Part shown: positions 49,716 to 58,324 of the stretch, piece after piece
Numbering within the stretch: the stretch's first letter is position 1
Layout: every line of letters starts with the position of its first letter
DNA from: Bacteroidia bacterium
GTDB taxonomy: Bacteria; Bacteroidota; Bacteroidia; M30B66
Assembly: GCA_965279035.1 (NCBI GenBank)
Contig: OZ257142.1
Coordinates: 1,696,001 to 1,760,000 of the forward strand
Direction of reading: 5' to 3'
DNA length: 64,000 bases
Position numbers and translations under genes: made by a program
Notes under the pieces: generated by a model
What the model was told of the DNA's origin: nothing
Seen by the model: only the letters and a program-made list of their open reading frames with translations
Databases searched by the model: none

Positions 49716-50618
49716 ATGAAATTCTATACAAAATCAAGTCTGAGTGCCGTTCTATTTTTAGCAGGAGGACTCCTACTGAGTAGCTGCGGCGGAAGTGACA
49801 AAAAAACCGAAGGCTCATCATCCGACACATTGGCTGTAGCTGACTCAACGCCTAAAAACGAGGATTATTTTCAGGTTCCATTACCGGCTGAACTTTTTCG
49901 TTCACTTCAGCAAAACGGAGTTAAGTCGCGTCCGAACTTGCTAAATCCGGTTGAAAATATTTCTTCTTATACTTCATCTACATACAAAGCCCTCAATTTT
50001 GGGGTGTATAGTTCTGATTTATTTTTCTGCAGCACATTCGATTTAAAGTCGGATGTATTGAAATATTTCGAGAATTTGAAAAAACTTTCCGACGAATTAG
50101 GAATCAGTTCGGTTGTGAATGATGCTACAATGAAGCGCATCGAGAAAAATTTAGGTAACAAAGATTCTTTGAGCAAAATTACCGATCAAGTATTTTTTGA
50201 GGCATCAACAAACCTTGAGAAGAATGGGCAAGGAGCAACATTGGCTTTACTCATTGCTGGAGGATTAACAGAAAGTATCTATTTGAGTACCTGTGTTGCT
50301 GATCAATACAAAGAAGGAAGTGTTGTATCAAGTATTATTGCTGATCAAAAATTCCCATTGGTGAATTTGTACGATTACATGAATAAATATCCCGAAGATG
50401 CTCGAATTGCTGAAGCGCGTAAATTGATTGATCCCTTAAAAGCAGCTTATGATGCATTAAAGGAAGCAGCTCATACTCCTAGTAAATCGAAAGACGGTAA
50501 GAAAGTAATTGGTGGTGAAACTCATTTAGTGATTACTGCCGACGATTATACTAAAATTCGTGAAGCTGCAGCAACTGTTAGAGCTTCTATTTCCAAAACA
50601 AGTCCAGCTAAAAACTAA
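49716..50618 (+). CDS. Helical lipoprotein of unknown function
   Basis: MKFYTK signal, lipobox LSSC, PLPAE, KALNFGVYSSDL, GGLTESIYL, IADQK. Confidence 0.75.
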   Translation: MKFYTKSSLSAVLFLAGGLLLSSCGGSDKKTEGSSSDTLAVADSTPKNEDYFQVPLPAELFRSLQQNGVKSRPNLLNPVENISSYTSSTYKALNFGVYSSDLFFCSTFDLKSDVLKYFENLKKLSDELGISSVVNDATMKRIEKNLGNKDSLSKITDQVFFEASTNLEKNGQGATLALLIAGGLTESIYLSTCVADQYKEGSVVSSIIADQKFPLVNLYDYMNKYPEDARIAEARKLIDPLKAAYDALKEAAHTPSKSKDGKKVIGGETHLVITADDYTKIREAAATVRASISKTSPAKN

Positions 50619-50641
50619 GATTCATACTAAAAAGGCACACA

Positions 50642-51145
50642 ATGCGTATACTTTTTTCTGCTTTCATTTTTCTTATTCTGGTTTGTCCACTCAGTGCTCA
50701 ACAGCTTCAGAAATCAGATAATATTCCGGCTTCAGAACTCTGCTCCGATTATCATAAAAAGAATCTTTCATTCGAAAAGAAAGACATTAACTTTCGATAT
50801 AATTCTCAATCGCGAAGTGCTTTATTTCGTCCGGGACAATCATCGAAACTTTCATTTACAGCTTTCAAAGGCAATGAATATCGCATTACCTGCGGCGCCG
50901 AAAATTCGGTGTTGAACGGTGGTACAGTTTCGTTCAAAATATTAGATGCTAAAACAAAGAATGTCTTGTTTGATAGTGAAGCTGAAGGAGCTACTTTGTT
51001 CGAATTTATATGTGATAATTCATTGAATTTGATTCTCGAAATAGCCTTGCCAGAAGCAACATCTACCTCTTCTACTAAGAAAGTTGTTTATGGCTGCGTT
51101 GGTTTTCTCATGGAGAGTCGACCAGCATTGCAAACTGGTTTCTAA
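50642..51145 (+). CDS. Exported hypothetical beta-sandwich protein
   Basis: Signal peptide ending LSA-Q; YNSQSRSA, YRITCG, YGCVG; several Cys. Confidence 0.7.
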   Translation: MRILFSAFIFLILVCPLSAQQLQKSDNIPASELCSDYHKKNLSFEKKDINFRYNSQSRSALFRPGQSSKLSFTAFKGNEYRITCGAENSVLNGGTVSFKILDAKTKNVLFDSEAEGATLFEFICDNSLNLILEIALPEATSTSSTKKVVYGCVGFLMESRPALQTGF

Positions 51146-51167
51146 ACACGCTTGATTCTGCTATAGG

Positions 51168-51713
51168 ATGTTCGATATATACGATTTCTACGAAAAAATG
51201 GAGGATGGCAAAATCATGCTGTCTTTTAAAGGAGAAATCACATCCGAACTTCTTACTTCGATACTTCATATTATGGAGTCGAAACTCGATAATATTGGAG
51301 AAGAGCCCCGACTGCGCAAGAAAGTATATAATGTATTAGTTGAATGCTTGCAAAACTTGTATCATCATAACGATGGTTTGACCGACGATCCGAAAGCGAA
51401 TCAACGATCAGCATTATTTCTAATTGGCCGTAGTGATGATAGTACTTACAAAATCATTACAGGAAATTATATACTGAATTCTAATGTTGAGGCATTCAAA
51501 GCACGTATCGATGTAATCAACGGTTTGAACAAGAACGAACTAAAAGATTTATACATCAAAACATTAAATAACGAAGAGTTTTCTGGAAAAGGCGGTGGTG
51601 GTTTAGGCTTAATTGATATTGCTCGTAAATCGGGACAAAAGATCGATTATTCGCATACACCGATAGATGATACCTATTCCTTTTTTAGTTTACTTATCAA
51701 GGTAACTCATTAA
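51168..51713 (+). CDS. siaB: SiaB-family (GHKL, anti-sigma-like) protein kinase
   Basis: LSFKG, N box VECLQNLYHH, TGN, G box KGGGGLGLIDIARKSG. Confidence 0.85.
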   Translation: MFDIYDFYEKMEDGKIMLSFKGEITSELLTSILHIMESKLDNIGEEPRLRKKVYNVLVECLQNLYHHNDGLTDDPKANQRSALFLIGRSDDSTYKIITGNYILNSNVEAFKARIDVINGLNKNELKDLYIKTLNNEEFSGKGGGGLGLIDIARKSGQKIDYSHTPIDDTYSFFSLLIKVTH

Positions 51714-51717
51714 TACA

Positions 51718-52095
51718 ATGGAATCAATTGCTATTGAAATAACACCCAAAACACCTTTAGTGAAACTCACTTCGAAGGATGGAATAATGGAATTCCGTGG
51801 GCGTTCGATCCCTGAAAATTCAATTGAGTTTTATACACCCGTTTTTAATTGGATTGATAAATATAGCCTTCAACCCAAAGAGAAAACAACCGTTCAAATT
51901 CAACTTGAATATTTTAACACAAGTTCTTCAAAGTGCTTACTTGATATCTTTAAAAAACTTCAAAGCTTGCATTTATCAGGTAAATCGGAAGTTACCGTTA
52001 ATTGGTATTACGAAGAAGATGATGAAGACATGCTTGAGGCGGGCGAAGATTACCAAGCCATCATTAAGGTTCCCTTTGTAATGATTAAAATTTAA
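51718..52095 (+). CDS. siaC: SiaC-family (DUF1987) phospho-acceptor protein
   Basis: TPxV, GRSIPEN..EFY, LEYFNTSSSK (Thr68), WYYEEDDEDMLEAGEDY. Confidence 0.9.
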   Translation: MESIAIEITPKTPLVKLTSKDGIMEFRGRSIPENSIEFYTPVFNWIDKYSLQPKEKTTVQIQLEYFNTSSSKCLLDIFKKLQSLHLSGKSEVTVNWYYEEDDEDMLEAGEDYQAIIKVPFVMIKI

Positions 52096-55000
52096 GCTCC
52101 TTTGGGGCTTTTTTCTTTTTTAATCCATTGGATTTTCCCCGGTAATTTCAACAGCCATTTGAATCCTTCCACATATAAAAGAATACTCAGGATTCCGGTC
52201 ATTAGCCAAATCACCAGCATATTGGCCCAACGCACTTCCATGATCATTGATCCAAATCGCTTATAGGGCGAATAAAATCCTCCAGAAGCAAATCCACCCG
52301 GCGCCGGTACATGAAATGCCGGTTCAAAATTTCGAATCAACTCTTCGCGCTCATTCAATTTTATCTTGGTGAATTCATCTTGATGCAAGACCATTTGACT
52401 CAATTGTTCATTGGTCGATTGTGCTACTAAGTCAGAATAGCTCGCTCCAAAACTGGAAATGATTTTATCTTTTTCAGCTCGTGCTCGAATCTCTCGTTTG
52501 TTGCATACCTGTTTGCATTGAGCTAAATAACTCGAAAGCTGAAGATCTATTTCTGAAGAATACGTATTTGAATTTATTTTTTCGGGTGAATCAAATTGCT
52601 TGAAATCGCCCCGTTTATTCATACGTATGAGTTCGTTCGAAAGAGAATGAGTTATATTTTCCTTTTGAATTGGATACTTGCATTCATTCAATTTTACTCG
52701 CAACTCATCCATTTTGGGAATCCAATAATTCACACAATAATTCGATTCTGAAATCTGAATGTCTTGGTCGAAAACGGGTTTTTCAGCTTCATTATTCATG
52801 AAACGATTAACCGCCATTGCTTCAAAAGCCCAGCGTGAAGCCATCAAATTGGCTGAAAATGGAACGCGATCATCTTCCGGACGAAGTGTACTATTCAAAT
52901 GATCAAATCGTACGAGCACGCCGCTTAGCAAGAGTTGAGGTATGATTAAAATCGGAATGATGATGTAAATAGTTATAGCAGAATTGAAGGTTGCCGAAAT
53001 GTTCAATCCCAACAAATTCGCAAAACAGCTAACAGAAAACAGCAGTAAAAAATCATCCAACATCAATCCATGTAAGCCCATCATTGTATGTCCAACCGTT
53101 ACAAAACAAGCTGTTTGTATTGCCGAAATTAGAAACAACAAGGCGATTTTGGATAGCAAATAACTGCCTTTGCTCAAGTGAAGAAACTTTTCTCTTCGAA
53201 GTATTTTTCGATCACGAATGATTTCTTCGGCACTTACTGTTAAGCCGAAAAACAAGGAAGCAATCACACAAATGAGCAAATACGCAGGTAAGTTGAGGTT
53301 GTGAAAAAGCGTGTAATGATCATCTTGTGTGTAACGTAATGCATATCCCATCAACAAAGCCAATAAGGGTGCTTCAAGCAAATTGATAGCTAAATATTGC
53401 CGATTACTCAGCTTAGATAAAAGATCTCGTATAAAGAAAACCTTGAATTGTCCAGGATAACCTGGTTTCTTAAATCCAGAATGGGGTAGTTCGCCTGTTG
53501 GAATTTCGTTTTCGGATGCAGGTGGTTGACTACGTTTGAAAAAGATATTCCATTCTTTTGGAGAAATTCTTCGGTTCGGTGTAGGCTTCCCATGTTCGTC
53601 AACAATGCGCGATTCGAGTATATCGAACAATTGTTCAGGATTCACATTCCCACATTCGATGCATTCACTTTCACTTGCATTGGCATGATCGACAATGGTT
53701 TTAAAATACACCACCGATTCAACGGGATTGCCGTAATACACTGGATATCCGCCAACATCCATCATCAACAAGCGATCGAACATTTTAAAGATGGCCGATG
53801 AAGGTTGATGGATAACCACAAAAATGAGCTTGCCTTTCAATGCCAATTCCTTGAGCAAGTCCATAATATTTTCCGAATCGCGTGAACTCAATCCTGATGT
53901 TGGTTCATCTACAAACAACACTGCTGGTTCGCGAATAAGTTCAAGTGCAATATTGAGCCGCTTGCGTTGTCCTCCGCTGATCGTTTTTTGCAGTGGATTC
54001 CCCACCTTCAGATCACGGATTTCCAATAATCCCAATTCATCCAATACATGATGAACTCTGCGTAAAAGTTCGGTATCTGAAGTGCCGGCAAAACACAATT
54101 TCGCGTTGTACCAAAGATTTTGAAATACACTCAATTCCTCTATGAGCAAATCATCCTGAGAAATGTAACCGATTAGTCCTTCGGTGCTTGTTTCGGCTGC
54201 ATTTAAATCAACACCATTGATGAGAATTTTCCCAGAACTGGGCTTTTCATTCCCGTTGAGTAAATTGAGCAAAGTAGATTTTCCCGCTCCGCTCGAGCCC
54301 ATAATTCCTATGAGATTTCCCGAATGCTCTGTAAAGTTGAATTTGTGTAAACCGCGCTTTCCGTTTTTAAAACGGTATTCAATGTTTTTTGCTTGAAATA
54401 CGATTTTAGTTTCGGCATTTTGTTTCAAAAAACAACCAAGCACATCGGAATAATACACCGGATTCATCCGACTTCCACGCAGAACAGCGCCTTGTGGAAA
54501 CACATACACACGTTCTGTTTGAAGAAGCTGTCCATTGAGATTGATTTCTCCATGTTGAAGAATTCTCAAATAATAGCTTCCGGCACTTTCGAGATATACA
54601 ATGAAAATATCGATCTCTAAGCCTTCAACAAATAAGTGCTTTAATTGACCAAAATCAGATTCTTTATTTCCATTGAGAAGCAAGCAGGATGAATCATTTA
54701 ATGCAAGTGGATTGGAACCTGCGAACTGCAAACACACAGCTGTTTCTACTTCAGGAATATTGAAAATAGAAGCAACAGTTTGAGCAAAATCCAGGTTTTG
54801 AGAATCAATTTCGCCTCCGGCAGATAGGAACTCAACCAATCGAAGAAAGACAAAACACTTTTGTTGATGCGTGAGTTCTTCATTAATCTGTGTGCAAATG
54901 AAAAGCACTTTCACCGAGGATGCCGAACGTCTTTTTCTTGCGCGTGCTTCGTCGCTTGTTCGATGAAGTTCTTGAACTAAGGCATCAAACTCACTTAAAT

Positions 55001-55136
55001 ATTCATCAACCTGATCGCTACCTAATTGCCTACGAAGAAAACTCTCTACAACCGAACGCTCTCGTCCTGCATTCTCGCCTGGACGGGCTACCAATGCAAA
55101 GAGTTGTAATAATGCTTTGAGGATTTTTCGATTCAT
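52092..55136 (-). CDS. ABCG-like transporter (NBD before TMD) with N-terminal TerB-like extension
   Basis: About 240-aa N-terminal extension; Walker A GSSGAGKST, ISGGQRKRLNIALEL, VDEPTSGLS, IHQPS; ABC2-type TMs, SRWAFEA, large extracytoplasmic loop. Confidence 0.85.
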   Translation of the reverse strand: MNRKILKALLQLFALVARPGENAGRERSVVESFLRRQLGSDQVDEYLSEFDALVQELHRTSDEARARKRRSASSVKVLFICTQINEELTHQQKCFVFLRLVEFLSAGGEIDSQNLDFAQTVASIFNIPEVETAVCLQFAGSNPLALNDSSCLLLNGNKESDFGQLKHLFVEGLEIDIFIVYLESAGSYYLRILQHGEINLNGQLLQTERVYVFPQGAVLRGSRMNPVYYSDVLGCFLKQNAETKIVFQAKNIEYRFKNGKRGLHKFNFTEHSGNLIGIMGSSGAGKSTLLNLLNGNEKPSSGKILINGVDLNAAETSTEGLIGYISQDDLLIEELSVFQNLWYNAKLCFAGTSDTELLRRVHHVLDELGLLEIRDLKVGNPLQKTISGGQRKRLNIALELIREPAVLFVDEPTSGLSSRDSENIMDLLKELALKGKLIFVVIHQPSSAIFKMFDRLLMMDVGGYPVYYGNPVESVVYFKTIVDHANASESECIECGNVNPEQLFDILESRIVDEHGKPTPNRRISPKEWNIFFKRSQPPASENEIPTGELPHSGFKKPGYPGQFKVFFIRDLLSKLSNRQYLAINLLEAPLLALLMGYALRYTQDDHYTLFHNLNLPAYLLICVIASLFFGLTVSAEEIIRDRKILRREKFLHLSKGSYLLSKIALLFLISAIQTACFVTVGHTMMGLHGLMLDDFLLLFSVSCFANLLGLNISATFNSAITIYIIIPILIIPQLLLSGVLVRFDHLNSTLRPEDDRVPFSANLMASRWAFEAMAVNRFMNNEAEKPVFDQDIQISESNYCVNYWIPKMDELRVKLNECKYPIQKENITHSLSNELIRMNKRGDFKQFDSPEKINSNTYSSEIDLQLSSYLAQCKQVCNKREIRARAEKDKIISSFGASYSDLVAQSTNEQLSQMVLHQDEFTKIKLNEREELIRNFEPAFHVPAPGGFASGGFYSPYKRFGSMIMEVRWANMLVIWLMTGILSILLYVEGFKWLLKLPGKIQWIKKEKSPKGA

Positions 55137-55177
55137 GTTTGCCCGATAAAACTACAAATAAAGAGCAGGCTCATCAA

Positions 55178-55750
55178 TCATTTCTTCTTTTCGTTATACC
55201 CAATATCTTTTTTGAGTAATTCTAAAATCGATTGTACCGCTGGACAAATAAAACTGTTTTCATACGTCAAATCGAGTAATTGATGAAAGCGTTTCCGATC
55301 GGTATGCGGATAGGTGCGACAAGCCGTTGGACGATCTTCATACACATCGCAAGTATTGTCTTCGGCGAGGAATGGACAGGGTGAAGATTTCAATACATAA
55401 TCTTTGTCTTCATCAATACGTAGATATTTATCTACAAACACCACTGGTTTTATGCGCAAACGTTTCGAAAGGTGCTCGATGTCTTTCTGATTGAAAATGG
55501 GACTAGTCGTTCGACAACAATTTCCACACGTTAAGCAATCGGTATTTTCAAACACAGCATCATGAATTTCGCGTACGCGGACATCCAGATTTGACGGGTG
55601 ATTGCGTTTCAATTGATCGAGAAAACGGCGATTGGATTTCTGTAAGACTTTGCCAGCTTCGAGAATTGCTTCGGGTTGGTATTTTAAGTTTGTTGACAAT
55701 TTGGGAGTTTTTAACTTGTCTGTCGAGCACTGAGGGTTTATTTTTGCCAC
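55178..55750 (-). CDS. YkgJ-family cysteine-cluster (Zn/Fe chelating) protein; start uncertain
   Basis: CLTCGNCC, PCPFL, CDVYEDRPTACRTYP, CP. Confidence 0.85.
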   Translation of the reverse strand: MAKINPQCSTDKLKTPKLSTNLKYQPEAILEAGKVLQKSNRRFLDQLKRNHPSNLDVRVREIHDAVFENTDCLTCGNCCRTTSPIFNQKDIEHLSKRLRIKPVVFVDKYLRIDEDKDYVLKSSPCPFLAEDNTCDVYEDRPTACRTYPHTDRKRFHQLLDLTYENSFICPAVQSILELLKKDIGYNEKKK

Positions 55751-55789
55751 CCCGATACAAACATAGCGGCTTTACCGTTCTTCTCCTGC

Positions 55790-56734
55790 ATGATCTCTAT
55801 ACGTTCTATTGTTCTTTTTCTGTTGACCATTCCTTTGGCCGCTTCGATGCAAGCCAAGCAACATATAAAAGACAGCATGCAGGTTGTTGTTCCGCCTGAT
55901 ACAATTCCCCCCAACATTCATGAAATAGAAGAATTCTCAGAAGAGGAAGATTCAACTGTTACCGAAGAAGGAGAAGCGTTTGAAGGTATTTGGGATGAAG
56001 ATGCTTGTGTGATTCTGAATTGTGATTTGTACAACGCTGTTTGGGATACAACACGCATCAATCCATACGGAATCAACCTAAAGGAAAAGAAAGATTCTAC
56101 CTATCTCACACTTTTTCATGATGTATCTTGTGATTATGCGCATCCGACTTGTGGAGAGATCACCTCAGAATTTGGCTTCCGCCGAACGCGTTACCATTAT
56201 GGAATCGACATCAACCTCGAAACAGGTGATGAGGTTTTATCCGTTTTCGAAGGAACCGTTCGTGTTGCTCGTTACAGTCCAACGTATGGCTATTACGTAA
56301 TTATTCGACATTTGAATGGACTAGAAACCTTGTATGCACATCTTTCTCAAATCAATGTTTCTTCTGGACATTATGTTCAAGCAGGCGATAAAGTGGGTTT
56401 GGGTGGAAATACAGGACATTCGCGTGGAAGTCACTTGCATTTTGAAGTTCGTTTCTTAGGACAGCAGATCAATCCGCGGGACGTTATTTCGTTTGAGAAT
56501 TATACCTGCAATAGCAAAGAACTTTGCATCAGTCCGGCGAGTTTTGATTATTTACGCAAGGTTGAAAAACACAAAGCACAGGTTGCAGCACGTCGTTATT
56601 ATAAAATTCGCAAAGGAGATTCATTGGGTCGCATTGCCCGAAAAAATCATACAACGGTTGCTAAATTGTGTAAGTTGAATAAGATGAGTAAACGCACGAA
56701 ACTCAAGCCGGGTAGAAGATTAAGGGTGGCTTAG
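55790..56734 (+). CDS. M23 peptidase with C-terminal LysM domain
   Basis: HYGID, YAHL, HLHFE; YKIRKGDSLGRIA LysM. Confidence 0.92.
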   Translation: MISIRSIVLFLLTIPLAASMQAKQHIKDSMQVVVPPDTIPPNIHEIEEFSEEEDSTVTEEGEAFEGIWDEDACVILNCDLYNAVWDTTRINPYGINLKEKKDSTYLTLFHDVSCDYAHPTCGEITSEFGFRRTRYHYGIDINLETGDEVLSVFEGTVRVARYSPTYGYYVIIRHLNGLETLYAHLSQINVSSGHYVQAGDKVGLGGNTGHSRGSHLHFEVRFLGQQINPRDVISFENYTCNSKELCISPASFDYLRKVEKHKAQVAARRYYKIRKGDSLGRIARKNHTTVAKLCKLNKMSKRTKLKPGRRLRVA

Positions 56735-56792
56735 ATGAAGCGATTCTGCCAATAATCTAGTTTTTTTTGATGTTAATTCTTAAATTTGAATT

Positions 56793-57011
56793 ATGAAAAT
56801 AGCACTTCAGTATTTAAGTAATAGCGAGGGAGAAAGAACTGCTGTTCAGTTGTCACTTTCTGAATGGGAGAAAGTACTGGCTAGATTGAAGAAATTTGAA
56901 CAATCAATTCAATTAAAATCAGAAATTAAAGAAGCGCTTGATGAAGTAGATTCGATTAAAAAATCGAAAAAAAATAAGCAGTCATTAAGCGATTTCATTA
57001 ATGGCTTATAA
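56793..57011 (+). CDS. Putative type II antitoxin
   Basis: 72 aa, LQY....GERTAVQL...EWE, C-terminal SLSDFINGL overlapping the toxin start. Confidence 0.65.
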   Translation: MKIALQYLSNSEGERTAVQLSLSEWEKVLARLKKFEQSIQLKSEIKEALDEVDSIKKSKKNKQSLSDFINGL

Positions 57012-57329
57012 AGTAATTCCAGTTGAGAGATTCAAAAGGGAGGCAAAAAGATTAGTAAAAAATTCCCATCTTTAAAAGAAGAATTAATTGAATTGGGAAA
57101 AGTGCTATCGAAAAATCCCGAAGCAGGAACTTCTTTAGGAAACAATATATATAAAGTTAGAATTTCTATTAAGAGTAAATCAAAAGGTAAAAGTGGTGGT
57201 GCAAGAATTATCACTTATAAATTTTCAGATGAGTTAGAAATTTACCTTTTGACTATTTATGATAAATCAGAATATGACAGTATTGATGATAAGACACTAA
57301 AATTAATTATCAATGGGATATTTAAGTAA
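57001..57329 (+). pseudogene. RelE/ParE (HigB-2-like) toxin interrupted by a one-base frameshift
   Basis: Frame 0 MAYKVIPVERFKREAKRLVK stops at 57073. The -1 frame continues KFPSLKEEL...NPEAGTSLG..IYKVRI..KSKGKSGGARIITY...LLTIYDKSE. The break lies in A6 at 57057-57062. Confidence 0.8.
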
Positions 57330-57396
57330 ACTGATAGTTAAATTAATAGCTTTTTTATTCAATAAGAATTAATAAGCATTCAATCCTTTAGTGAAA

Positions 57397-58266
57397 TCAA
57401 TGCTTCTTCCTCAAACGAATTGGAAAATAGCCTCCAGCCGTCACATTAAATTGCATAAATCCAAATTGCTGATCGGCTCTTACTGGTGCTTCGTTGTTGA
57501 TATAAATATCTGGTAAAATAATCCATCCTCCACGAACCTGAGCTTTCACAAAGAAATTACGTAAAAACCGAAATTCTGGTCCAACTCGAAACGAAGCAGA
57601 ATATCCAGCTACATGGTATTTATTGTCAATTCCATAGCCTTCTGGAAATTGAGAATCTGCAAATAAATGTGCTTCCGTTTTAGGAATTAATAATCCTGCT
57701 CCAAGGCTTGTTTGCCAATAGATTCCGAATTTCTCCTTAAATAAACTGGCTACTTTGCAGGTGTATTCTGCATCAACGTTGAGCAAATTCAATCCGTTGG
57801 TATGTTCGAAACGCATCAACTCGCGTGAAAGAGTTACCGGTGTATTGAGGTATGATCCTACAAAATTATTCGAATGATTTGTTGATGGAAGTATTACCCC
57901 CGACATCGTTACATCTTGTCCATTAACAACCACATATTTCATATGATCCATTCCAATGGAAACGCCCCAATGATGATTAATCACATAGCCAAAACGATAA
58001 TTGTTTTGTGGAATGGAAAGATGTGTTGGGCTAAAATATTCTTTGAAGCCAAATTTCTCAGGGCGATCTTTTGCTTGCACATCATAAAAATTCACATCGA
58101 AATCTTGTCCATGAATGTGAATATCGCTATTCGTAAACCAGCCACGATTGTATCCCCAGGACATCCAGAATTTCCCCCTTTGATCAAAGCGTTGAACTGG
58201 AGTAATTTCCTGAGCTTGAGCAATAAGTGATAGACAGAAAATGAAGGAAATACTTATGGCGCGCAT
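57397..58266 (-). CDS. Outer-membrane beta-barrel hypothetical protein
   Basis: Signal peptide from MRAISI; WGYNRGW, PQ.NYRFGY, DHMKY, FEHTNGLN, terminal strand GGYF. Confidence 0.7.
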   Translation of the reverse strand: MRAISISFIFCLSLIAQAQEITPVQRFDQRGKFWMSWGYNRGWFTNSDIHIHGQDFDVNFYDVQAKDRPEKFGFKEYFSPTHLSIPQNNYRFGYVINHHWGVSIGMDHMKYVVVNGQDVTMSGVILPSTNHSNNFVGSYLNTPVTLSRELMRFEHTNGLNLLNVDAEYTCKVASLFKEKFGIYWQTSLGAGLLIPKTEAHLFADSQFPEGYGIDNKYHVAGYSASFRVGPEFRFLRNFFVKAQVRGGWIILPDIYINNEAPVRADQQFGFMQFNVTAGGYFPIRLRKKH

Positions 58267-58324
58267 GAAGTTGAATTTGGCTGCGAAGATAAATGAAAGG
58301 CATTTGGAATAAAGATGATTTTTA

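Noticed and set aside
57093-57329. Independent 78-aa toxin starting at TTG 57093
   Set aside because: It lacks the N-terminal strand and helix that are encoded upstream in another frame; better explained as the 3' part of a frameshifted gene.
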